Positions 1 through 7,919 of a stretch of 64,000 bases of DNA are shown here, one piece after another. The translations under genes and the position numbers were made by a program. The stretch is from Pseudomonadota bacterium (GTDB lineage: Bacteria > Pseudomonadota > Gammaproteobacteria > Methylococcales > Methylococcaceae): contig JBEBBO010000008.1 of assembly GCA_041158345.1 (NCBI GenBank), positions 841 through 64,840 on the forward strand, given 5' to 3'. Numbering within the stretch: position 1 is the stretch's first letter; each line of letters starts with the position of its first letter. A model generated the notes under the pieces. That model did not search any database. It was not told the origin of the DNA and worked only from the letters and a program-made list of their open reading frames with translations.

Positions 1-169
1 CGCCTCAGCCTTAAACCAATCATCGGCAGGGCACCCTCCCGAGAAACCGCGGCATTCAGCAATGTAATAAGCGGCCTCCGAAATCATTCGATGACGATCC
101 TCGGCATCCATGTAAACGGGGTTGGAGGGCTCTAAATTGCTTTTTGATTCAACGTTACTAGTCTTCACA
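1..169 (-). CDS. DUF2934-like small protein (3' end lies outside the window)
   Basis: The minus-strand frame is open to the window edge. The translation ...MDAEDRHRMISEAAYYIAECRGFSGGCPADDWFKAEA fits the DUF2934 pattern (AY.IAE.RGF..G...DDW..AE). An in-frame GTG at 169 is preceded by GAGGTGA, and an alternative ATG lies at 111. Confidence 0.45.
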
Positions 170-330
170 AATCACCTCATAATTCATGGTTTGAACGATT
201 CGCGGTGCTAACACTAGATTCGATCACCGAATGCAGAAATTCGTAACATTACGGCAACGTTGAATCCGATCGGGCCTGACCGAAGACTTGGCAGGTAAAA
301 TAGGAGAGGACTCCATTGGGTCTCTATAGA

Positions 331-510
331 TCAAGTTCCCCTATTTTTTTGAGACTCCCGTTCAATCCACTCGATGACTGTATGCATCGGAAAAAGCATC
401 AGAAATTCAGGAATGCTTGGCCGACCCAGCGTGGCCCAGTAATTCATGATGGTTTTGATCAGCTCTTTCTGGGCTTCATCAGGCTGATTCAAGGAACAAG
501 TGTCGGTCAT
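331..510 (-). CDS. hypothetical small protein (59 aa)
   Basis: Hand-translated minus-strand ORF MTDTCSLNQPDEAQKELIKTIMNYWATLGRPSIPEFLMLFPMHTVIEWIERESQKNRGT, with GAGGAA 6 nt upstream of the ATG. It looks more protein-like than the antisense 81-aa track ORF at 316-561. Confidence 0.25.
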   Translation of the reverse strand: MTDTCSLNQPDEAQKELIKTIMNYWATLGRPSIPEFLMLFPMHTVIEWIERESQKNRGT

Positions 511-999
511 CGGGTATTTCCTCTGAGGAATCCTTGCAGGAAGGAGGGGGTGGTTAGTTAAGTCACGAGACCATCTAAATCAGGCTGACAGGCGCTCAGT
601 GTGGCTCGACCCATTGAAGATCAGTTTCTGAGAGGGTGCTCAGGCCTCTCCATGTGTACCGAAACACACCCCACCTCTAATGTCGCTCGTTGTCGGTTCA
701 AGGATGCGTAAAAAAGCTGGCGGTGAAACTGAAATACCTTGCGGCCTTGCGATTAGCTCGACTCGCAGCGGAACTTCGCCCACATTCCGAACTTGATCCG
801 CGACCGAGAGGCGGCCAAGAGCATGAAGGGTCAAATTCCAATACGAAATCCGTAGATCATCCTAGGTAACTTTTCTATTCAGAGGCCTTCGCGGATGCCC
901 GCCTCTGCATAACCTGAAGTAGGAGTTCATACGGATGGATTCCTCATCCTGAGGCGGTAGGATCGTACCTGCCTGTAATAAGAACCCCCCACTCTCCCA

Positions 1000-1032
1000 G
1001 GCGGCTACGTTTGACGGATGCCGCCTTTTTTT
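1000..1032 (+). terminator. rho-independent terminator
   Basis: GGCGGC (1000-1005), a 14-nt loop, GCCGCC (1020-1025), then seven T residues (1026-1032). The T tract follows the hairpin only on the plus strand. Confidence 0.5.
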
Positions 1033-1135
1033 GCATCGGGGGTCTGTCAATTACACGCTTCCCTAGGTTTCATTACGGCTTGTGAGCACCCACTGAGAAT
1101 TGAAGAATCTTGGGTATCGCAACTCGGGGATAGTC

Positions 1136-1378
1136 ATGATGAAAAAGCACACGACCATAAAAGAGCCCTTGTGTCTCAATCCCTTCAAAACACGAGAGGA
1201 TAGACGGGTGCAGCAAATGCGATCCTTGTTTTCAGGAATTCCCTTTTACGACAGAGCGGCCGCCGCCTGTCAGAGAGCAGGTGGGGAGGCCGCTGAAAGG
1301 CAATATTGGCTTGATCTTTACGATGAGGTCCAGAACGAACGCTTTCGATCAATTCTGATCCCCCGAAGGGGGCCATGA
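1136..1378 (+). CDS. hypothetical protein
   Basis: Track ORF 1100-1378. The internal ATG at 1136 has a GGGGA purine box 6 nt upstream. No family recognised. Confidence 0.2.
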   Translation: MMKKHTTIKEPLCLNPFKTREDRRVQQMRSLFSGIPFYDRAAAACQRAGGEAAERQYWLDLYDEVQNERFRSILIPRRGP

Positions 1379-1445
1379 GCGGGTTCCTCACAAAACGTGG
1401 GGTCCAGAATTATCAGGAGCAGATGATCTAAGCATCACATTCGAG

Positions 1446-2357
1446 ATGGAGCTGAAATTGCACTCGGAACCGCACCAGTTTGAAGAACTCGTCGACTTGA
1501 TCAGCGACTATGAGAAGTGTTTTGGAGGGGGGAGCCACTATGAGATTTTAGAAAGTCTCAATCTGTCCGAGGCAATTCACGCGCTTAGACTATCGATCGG
1601 CACCCGAACCCGCCTGAGACTCCCCAGTTGTCCCAGAGGGATCAAGACGCCCCGGCGCAGTGATGGCCTGGATGCGTATCGTGAAGACCGTATGGAAATG
1701 GTTCGAACGATACTTCGGTACCAGAATCTTTCGATTACTGACCGCCGCGTCCTTCGCGCAATGCGGCAGGTTCCCAGGGAATGCTTTGTCCCCTCAATCT
1801 TCCGTCCCGTTGCGTATCGGGATAGCCCGCTCCCCATTGGCTGGGGACAAACGATTTCACAACCTTATGTCATTGCTCTGATGACTGCGCTGCTCAGGCT
1901 GAAAGGGGAAGAGGCCGTATTGGAGTTGGGAACAGGCTCAGGCTATCAGGCAGCCATTCTCAGCTGTCTGACAAAGTGGGTGCATTCGATCGAAATTATT
2001 CCCGAGCTTGCAAGCAGGGCATCAAAAACGCTTAAGAAATTGGGTTACAAAAACGTTGCGGTCCGATCATCCAATGGCATCAACGGGTGGCCAGAAGAGG
2101 CCCCCTTCGACGGCATGCTGATTACTTGCGGCTCGACCCACTTCCCGACCCAGCTTGCCGCTCAGTTAAAGGTCGGTGGGAGGGCAGTAATGCCGATTGG
2201 TCCGGCAGGGGTTCAATCACTCACTCTCGTGACCAAGCATCAGGATCATATTGAACAAGAGCCAATCATTCCCGTGCGGTTTGTACCCTTAATGGGCTTT
2301 GAAAGGAGAGATCAAGACGTGAAGGTTGGGGATCGGGCTCATGGATACCCATCTTGA
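1446..2357 (+). CDS. pcm: protein-L-isoaspartate O-methyltransferase
   Basis: The C-terminal ~220 aa carry PCMT hallmarks: QTISQPYVIALM, the SAM motif VLELGTGSGYQAAILS, and RFVPL near the end. The 82-aa N-terminal extension is unrecognised, and an alternative start at ATG 1692 (MEMVRTIL...) gives a canonical length. Confidence 0.85.
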   Translation: MELKLHSEPHQFEELVDLISDYEKCFGGGSHYEILESLNLSEAIHALRLSIGTRTRLRLPSCPRGIKTPRRSDGLDAYREDRMEMVRTILRYQNLSITDRRVLRAMRQVPRECFVPSIFRPVAYRDSPLPIGWGQTISQPYVIALMTALLRLKGEEAVLELGTGSGYQAAILSCLTKWVHSIEIIPELASRASKTLKKLGYKNVAVRSSNGINGWPEEAPFDGMLITCGSTHFPTQLAAQLKVGGRAVMPIGPAGVQSLTLVTKHQDHIEQEPIIPVRFVPLMGFERRDQDVKVGDRAHGYPS

Positions 2358-3000
2358 TGGCCAGTGCAACCAGTTCTGCCGCATTTTTGACTGCGAGTTT
2401 TTCCAGGATCCGGCTTCGGTGAATTTCGGCTGTACGCGGGCTAATCCCCAGCGCACGTCCAATCATCTTCGCGGTAAATCCCTTACAGATGTATTGGGAG
2501 ATCTCTTGCTCCCTGGGCGTTAGCCGATTAAAGAGCACGGCAAGGCTTTCTTTTTTTGACCGCTCACGAAGCTTCTCTTCCGCAAGCTGGAACGCCCGTT
2601 CAATTGTCTCCATCAATTGTTCTGGGTTCACCGGTTTTTGCAGATAATCAAACGCGCCAGCACGCATACCTGAAACTGCAGAATCAATCCCTGGGTGGCC
2701 CGTAAGAAAGATGATAGGGCAAAACAAGCCATGCTTTTCATTCATGTAACTCTGCACCTCAAGACCATCCAGGTCCGGCATCAGAAGATCCATAACAATA
2801 ACGATGGGTTGATTTGAGGGGATGAATTCATCAAGGAATAATCGGCTAGAGCAATAGGTCGATACCCCAATCCCATGATGAGAAATCAGGTCGGCGATCG
2901 CCTCGCACACCGATGGATCATCATCCACAATAATCACCGTCCTGACGTTAGACGCAAGTTCTTTCTTTTGATTTCTATTGCTTATTCTCATGAGAACCAT
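2266..3000 (-). CDS. response regulator, FixJ/NarL (LuxR-type HTH) family
   Basis: Receiver domain (VIIVDDDPSV...MDLLMPDLDG...FLTGH...DYLQKP) followed by a LuxR-type HTH (LTPREQEISQYICKGFTAKMIGRALGISPRTAEIHRSRILEKL). Confidence 0.85.
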   Translation of the reverse strand: MVLMRISNRNQKKELASNVRTVIIVDDDPSVCEAIADLISHHGIGVSTYCSSRLFLDEFIPSNQPIVIVMDLLMPDLDGLEVQSYMNEKHGLFCPIIFLTGHPGIDSAVSGMRAGAFDYLQKPVNPEQLMETIERAFQLAEEKLRERSKKESLAVLFNRLTPREQEISQYICKGFTAKMIGRALGISPRTAEIHRSRILEKLAVKNAAELVALAIKMGIHEPDPQPSRLDLSFQSPLRVQTARE

Positions 3001-3065
3001 TCTTGGGTGGACCTGGTAGATTTATTCAACTCTGGACTTTAACGCTTCACGAACTATGAAGCGGC

Positions 3066-3269
3066 TCAAAGAATCGGGGCTTCTCTCCAACACTTAGGCA
3101 GCGGCTCACCCGATGGAAAAACCAAAGCCGACTTGTCAAAGTTCTCGGGATCCTGCATTTCTTCTCCATAGTGGAGGCGACCCTTGACGGTTGCGTGTAA
3201 GGGGCTAAGGAGCTCTTGCAGATTCTCGACCTCAACCAGATGACCTTCCTTTAGTTGACGCAAAAACAT
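3066..3269 (-). CDS. small conserved hypothetical protein (67 aa)
   Basis: ORF with TAGGAGTG 8 nt upstream of the ATG, lying 30 nt downstream of the preceding gene. The motif GRLHYGEEMQDPENF...FPSGEPLPKCW resembles a small family I recall only as hypothetical. Confidence 0.5.
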   Translation of the reverse strand: MFLRQLKEGHLVEVENLQELLSPLHATVKGRLHYGEEMQDPENFDKSALVFPSGEPLPKCWREAPIL

Positions 3270-3299
3270 AATTCGGCACTCCTACAAAAAGGACATTAC

Positions 3300-3797
3300 T
3301 TAATTTCTTGTCCAAGCAATTCGCACAAGATAATCACCATCGACATATTCCGTATCGAGAGTACCCGAATAGGTCTCCACCATGCAGTCGCCGATCAATG
3401 ATGTCAGATGCGGCTCAGTGAATGTGATGACCTGGCTTCCATCCGCGTGTTTGACACTCCCCATAAGCCTTTTTAAGGGATGTGCCATGCCTTGGCGATC
3501 GATGATCCCGGAAATCATGGCTTCAATCTCGTTGCGATGATGTCTGAAATAGTTTCCTCGCAAGGTGAGGTACCCGGCCGGAAAGCGTTCCCTTATTCGC
3601 TGACAGGCGGGACAGAGACGCCTTTCCGCATCCAGTTGGTACATGAACCAGCACCAACGCCCTGAGGAGTAGAGCGCTCCGCAATCCGGACAGACACACG
3701 GATCCGGCCATTTCCGACGAATTTGATAAGGATCGTGCTGCCACTCCGGTATGTATTGAATAGAGTGTTCAATCAGGGGGTGATTGATCTGATTCAT
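3300..3797 (-). CDS. NMD3-like zinc-ribbon protein (BCAM0308-type family)
   Basis: Two CxxC pairs (CPDCGALY...CPACQRI) are followed by FPAGYLTLRG...HPLKR...FTEP. It is a clear paralog of 11207-11713. The family name is recalled from memory. Confidence 0.6.
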   Translation of the reverse strand: MNQINHPLIEHSIQYIPEWQHDPYQIRRKWPDPCVCPDCGALYSSGRWCWFMYQLDAERRLCPACQRIRERFPAGYLTLRGNYFRHHRNEIEAMISGIIDRQGMAHPLKRLMGSVKHADGSQVITFTEPHLTSLIGDCMVETYSGTLDTEYVDGDYLVRIAWTRN

Positions 3798-4222
3798 ATA
3801 TGGCCTAACTAATGGTAAGGAGTTAAAGCACCCCCACCGTCGGAGGCTCCCACACCTCCGATCTTAGATATCCAGGCCGTTGGAATAAATACGAACAACT
3901 ACCTAATCCCCAATCGCATCTCACAATCACACAGAGATGCAGTCTCACAATTAAAGGGATGAAATGAATGAGCCCACAAAGAATCCTTTGAAGATTTCTC
4001 CAAGGCCGGTGCCAGGACCTCTTCGCTAAGACCGGATTATCTAGGATGGTTTAAGACTAGTTATTTATCCGTATAGTCATTGAATTCAGTACCTCTAAAC
4101 TGGCCTTCAGTGGATGGGGTTGGGTTAATTCGCCCATTGATCATTAATAGGTGTTTTCTCCTATTCCTCAGAAACTGTGTATTGGGCATTTTGCCTCCAA
4201 TTATTTTATAGAGGACATTATT

Positions 4223-4579
4223 ATGAATACTTTGACTAAAGGACTTTCGCTGGTTGCACTGATCGCCGCCGTCAATGTTGCAACTGCAGGGGAACCCATT
4301 GAACTGGCCAGTGCAGATCTGGATCAGATCACTGCGGGTGCCCTTTATGCACCAAATACGCGCCACAACGCCCCGTCTGTCTCATTCTCAGCCGTGGTAG
4401 GACCCAGCGCGCTGGCCATTGGCAGAACCACGCTTGCTAATGCGTCGTTTGCTAATGCCGTAACCAATGGTTCCAGCATGGCAGCCACTGAATCAGCGGG
4501 TCTGGCCGTAGCAAGCGGACCGTTTGGCGCGGTGTCCTATGTGAATACCGGTTCTGCCGTCTCTATGCTCACTCACTGA
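4223..4579 (+). CDS. secreted A/S/G/T/V-rich precursor peptide (118 aa) with a Sec signal plus a double-glycine-like leader
   Basis: The ATG at 4223 lies within track ORF 4151-4579. The signal peptide is MNTLTKGLSLVALIAAVNVATA, followed by ELASADLDQITAG (LSxxELxxIxGG-like). The 79-aa remainder has no Cys and is rich in A, S, G, V, T and N. Confidence 0.6.
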   Translation: MNTLTKGLSLVALIAAVNVATAGEPIELASADLDQITAGALYAPNTRHNAPSVSFSAVVGPSALAIGRTTLANASFANAVTNGSSMAATESAGLAVASGPFGAVSYVNTGSAVSMLTH

Positions 4580-4663
4580 GTAGAGGAGGCTCTAATGATG
4601 GTTATGGTGAGTGATTATGCGGTCGATCTCACCACCATTATTTAGAAAAAGCCATCCTTGCGT

Positions 4664-4691
4664 GTCGGGGCTATGACCTTATAGCCCCGAC
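4664..4691 (+). terminator. intercistronic stem-loop (possible attenuator or partial terminator)
   Basis: GTCGGGGCTAT / ATAGCCCCGAC forms an 11-bp perfect stem with a 6-nt loop, followed by the U-containing TCTATTACT. It sits between the peptide gene and the C39 gene. Confidence 0.35.
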
Positions 4692-4726
4692 TCTATTACT
4701 CAACCGCTGTAACCGAATCACCATCG

Positions 4727-5350
4727 ATGAGAGCACCTCTTGTGAAGAAGCGCTTGCTGATAGGTTTCACATGTCTAATCAGATCCATGGCAATCCCTGC
4801 AGAACCTGTGCATTCCCTGACGGAATTAAGACAAAAGAACGTCATGATGCAGAAGTGGGACATTAGTTGCGGAGCTGCCGCCATTGGAACCATTTTAAGG
4901 TATCACCACGGACTGGATATCTCAGAAAAGGATATTGCCATTTCGCTTATGCAGCGGGATGAATACATCAAGAACCCCCAGCTTGTCAGAATGCGACTTG
5001 GATTCTCATTACTCGACATCAAAAGATATGTCGAGAGTGTTGGCTATATCGGACTGGGTCTGGGTGGACTGCAACTCGCCGATCTGATTGAACGTGCCCC
5101 GGTTATGGTGACCGTCGTTATCAATGGTTACAACCATTTCGTGGTCTTTAGGGGAATCAAGAGGAATCGGGTGTTATTAGCCGATCCCGCATGGGGAAAC
5201 CGAACCCTGACGGTGGATCAGTTCATGGATATGTGGGCGGAAGCTCCCAAGATAGGCCGGGTGGGATTACAGATTATGTCTCCCATCAACGATGAAAAAG
5301 GACCTGAGTCGCTTAATCCACAAGATACCGACTTTATTTCATTTCACTAA
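4727..5350 (+). CDS. stand-alone C39-family cysteine peptidase with an N-terminal signal-like segment (FapD-like)
   Basis: The motif QKWDISCGAAA places Gln 6 residues before the catalytic Cys. In NHFVVFRG...LLADP the His and Asp are 16 residues apart, which is the canonical C39 spacing. The N-terminus KKRLLIGFTCLIRSMAIPA is hydrophobic, and there is no ABC-transporter fusion. Confidence 0.8.
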   Translation: MRAPLVKKRLLIGFTCLIRSMAIPAEPVHSLTELRQKNVMMQKWDISCGAAAIGTILRYHHGLDISEKDIAISLMQRDEYIKNPQLVRMRLGFSLLDIKRYVESVGYIGLGLGGLQLADLIERAPVMVTVVINGYNHFVVFRGIKRNRVLLADPAWGNRTLTVDQFMDMWAEAPKIGRVGLQIMSPINDEKGPESLNPQDTDFISFH

Positions 5351-5376
5351 TTGGATATCCGAGGATATTACACCGA

Positions 5377-6540
5377 ATGAGGGTGGCGACGATGTATCAG
5401 GTTTTATTGTTGATCGGTCTCCTGACGGGCTCCCTTGCAGGAGAGGCATCGACACGGCCGAGGAAAGTACAGACACCTCTAGAACAGTTACTCTTAGAGC
5501 GCGATCTGCAAATTCAAAGCCTTTTGAATCGCGTGGAAGCGCTGGAAAGCAGAGAGTTAAAACCCGCCTTACCGGTGACAGCCGAATCAAAGGTTGAAAC
5601 AAGTGGTCCGAAGCAATCAACATCCGTCCCAGTCAAAAAGTCGCGCCCAACACCGTCTAAATCGAAAACAGAGCTCGCGGATGGAGAGGACGCAGAGCGG
5701 GCCTTAGAGCGGACTCTGGTCATTAGCGGTGCATCGCTCGTTCCCTACGGACAGGGCGAAGTCCAGCCTGGATTCAACTATCTCCGATATTCGAGCGAAG
5801 GATCGGCTTTATTTCAACAGGGCTCTGCCGTCAGCCTAGCAACAACCAGGGCACACAGTGACATGTATGTGGGTAGTGCCTATGTTCGTCTAGGTCTCCC
5901 CTGGGAGTCCCAACTCGAAACCTACGTCCCGTATGAATCCATCAACCGAACAGATACGTCGATTTCAAATGCATCCATCCTCACATCCGCCAATCGGTCC
6001 GCCAACAGTTTTGGTGATATCCGTTTGGGACTCGCAAAAACCTTGCTGACAGAAAAAAGCTGGTGGCCTGATGTCATTGCGCGCATCACATGGAGTGCGG
6101 ATACGGGAGCCACTCCGTATCTGATTCCCTTGGGATCGGGCTTCAACGAACTGAATGGATCCGTCACGCTATCCAAACGTCAGGATCCCCTGGTCTTTTA
6201 TGGAACAGTTTCCTATCAAGCCGCGTTTTCCAAGGACAACCGATCACCCGGAAACACCCTTGGCTTCGTCATTGGGACCGTTATGGCGGCAAGTCCTGAA
6301 ACCTCGCTCCGGTTTTTCATCAATCAGAATTTTATCTCCGATGCGGAGTTTTACGGAAAAACCATTCAGGGCACTGCCACGAATAGCAGTATGCTGAACA
6401 TAGGCGCTGCATCCGTGCTAGGCAAGGGGTTATTTCTGGACTTCACCTCCGGAATTGGCCTGACTCGGGCTTCTCCAGACTATTCGGTCGGGGTTTCGTT
6501 TGCCTATCGATTCGACCTTCCATTTCTTCCAGCGCTTTAG
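5377..6540 (+). CDS. outer-membrane beta-barrel protein with N-terminal coiled coil and low-complexity linker (FapF-like architecture)
   Basis: Signal peptide MYQVLLLIGLLTGSLAGEA, with a probable start at ATG 5392 preceded by GAGGGTGG. A heptad-like segment LEQLLLERDLQIQSLLNRVEALESRE follows, then a P/S/K/T-rich linker. The last ~270 aa show alternating beta-strand patterns, including FGDIRLGLAK and a terminal SFAYRF. Confidence 0.65.
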   Translation: MRVATMYQVLLLIGLLTGSLAGEASTRPRKVQTPLEQLLLERDLQIQSLLNRVEALESRELKPALPVTAESKVETSGPKQSTSVPVKKSRPTPSKSKTELADGEDAERALERTLVISGASLVPYGQGEVQPGFNYLRYSSEGSALFQQGSAVSLATTRAHSDMYVGSAYVRLGLPWESQLETYVPYESINRTDTSISNASILTSANRSANSFGDIRLGLAKTLLTEKSWWPDVIARITWSADTGATPYLIPLGSGFNELNGSVTLSKRQDPLVFYGTVSYQAAFSKDNRSPGNTLGFVIGTVMAASPETSLRFFINQNFISDAEFYGKTIQGTATNSSMLNIGAASVLGKGLFLDFTSGIGLTRASPDYSVGVSFAYRFDLPFLPAL

Positions 6541-6761
6541 AAAAGCGGGTCGTACCCCAAATAAGCGGATTCTTGGTCTTGACTGATGGAACTTACTACG
6601 GGATGTCCACCTTTAGCTCTGACATATTGTTCTATCGTGCAAGGCTCCGATCCACTAAAGCCAATGAGGGTTGTCACCCTCTGGCGCAGTTGCGGGTCAT
6701 AAATATCAGAGAAAGCTTCAGCCGAAGCGATAAGCAATACCGGTAAGGTCAGTCGTTTCAT
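6537..6761 (-). CDS. small secreted hypothetical protein
   Basis: An internal ATG at 6761 gives MKRLTLPVLLIASAEA (signal-like). No family recognised. Confidence 0.3.
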   Translation of the reverse strand: MKRLTLPVLLIASAEAFSDIYDPQLRQRVTTLIGFSGSEPCTIEQYVRAKGGHPVVSSISQDQESAYLGYDPLF

Positions 6762-7066
6762 ACCTTTATCTCGCTGAGCTCCTTGAGTTAATTGATCACT
6801 GGCAGACCGATCAAGGCATCCCATGTCTCGTCCTAGCCGGCAACAGGCCCCTGTCGAATCGATGAAAAGTGAAGGATCAAAGGCGGATGCTAAAGACCAT
6901 CATTCCCAGAAATAGCAAAGCCCTCGCTGACAACTTGATTTTTTAAAGCCGTCCTCTTTACGCAGCATCGTGACACGCACTAGGCGTTGAAGATTCGGAT
7001 GGACTGTAGCGCCCGAAATTTAAAACCATCTATCCATAGGAATACCTAATCTGTAGACATCAGGAA

Positions 7067-7309
7067 TCATGTAAGCAGATGTAATGCAAACCATGGAACC
7101 AGGGTCAGCAGGATGATTCCGATCTTATACCCACCCAAGAGAATAAAGTGGCATGCATCAAACCTCGCAATTGGCATTGGAAAGAAACGTGATTGCAGGG
7201 AATAGATCTGGTCGCGCCATCCCACCAGAATCATTGAAGAAATAACCAAGATCCCATAATTAAAGATAAACGACCATAGCAAAAACGTTTTTATTGCTTC
7301 CAAGGACAT
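7067..7309 (-). CDS. small membrane protein (80 aa, 2-3 hydrophobic helices)
   Basis: ORF with a GAGGG box upstream and clearly hydrophobic segments. Confidence 0.4.
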   Translation of the reverse strand: MSLEAIKTFLLWSFIFNYGILVISSMILVGWRDQIYSLQSRFFPMPIARFDACHFILLGGYKIGIILLTLVPWFALHLLT

Positions 7310-7427
7310 AAATAAACCCTCATCTATATATTAAAGGCAATAGATTATCATAGATCCATGCCCTGTATTGTCCGTATGAATACCCCATGAAGCCGTTATC
7401 ATGCTGAGTATTAACTAATTATTGGCT

Positions 7428-7694
7428 CTACTCCCATCGGGGCCTAGTTCTGCGATCCATTCGCGGACTCTGTTGTTTTCGCAAAAGACTTTGAAGGTTG
7501 CCGTTCAATTCATATGTAAAGATGGGGTCCCAGTCCGCTCTCAAACCTGTCTCAATCGCTTCAGATAAAATGTCATTAAGGATACCAACCGTTCTTTGTC
7601 GCTGACAGACCTGTAGAACAGAACGCAGCGTATCCTCATCCTCTGGATACCGGTCAAGGTACTTCGCAAGCATAAGATAATCAATAACCTTCAT
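7428..7694 (-). CDS. hypothetical protein (88 aa)
   Basis: ORF with GGAGGT 6 nt upstream of the ATG. Confidence 0.4.
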   Translation of the reverse strand: MKVIDYLMLAKYLDRYPEDEDTLRSVLQVCQRQRTVGILNDILSEAIETGLRADWDPIFTYELNGNLQSLLRKQQSPRMDRRTRPRWE

Positions 7695-7919
7695 ACCCTA
7701 CCTCCACAGGACGCAGTCCTGATATGGGTTAGCCAATATAAGTTAGTATAACAACCTGGTTTTACCAACATATCAGAGATGGGTCTCTGATGTCTGTATT
7801 CAACCTCACCTAGGTATTTCGACGAATAGAATGGCGTCATGCGTCCTGATCTGATTCTTGCGATGCCTGCGAGGTATATCACTGGGCAGAAACCAATCAC
7901 TCTGCACTCGGAGTCCCCT

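Noticed and set aside
316-561. 81-aa plus-strand track ORF
   Set aside because: Its composition looks like random translation (R/F/P-rich with no motifs). The opposite strand carries a shorter but more protein-like ORF with an RBS. Neither is strongly supported.
640-1050. Two minus-strand ORFs (64 and 62 aa)
   Set aside because: They have no RBS and no recognisable family, and they lie in a region that ends with a plus-strand terminator. I treated the region as probably non-coding.
4061-4366. 101-aa minus-strand ORF antisense to the start of the precursor peptide gene
   Set aside because: It overlaps the better-supported plus-strand gene, which has a signal peptide and leader motif. It runs through an AT-rich promoter-like region.
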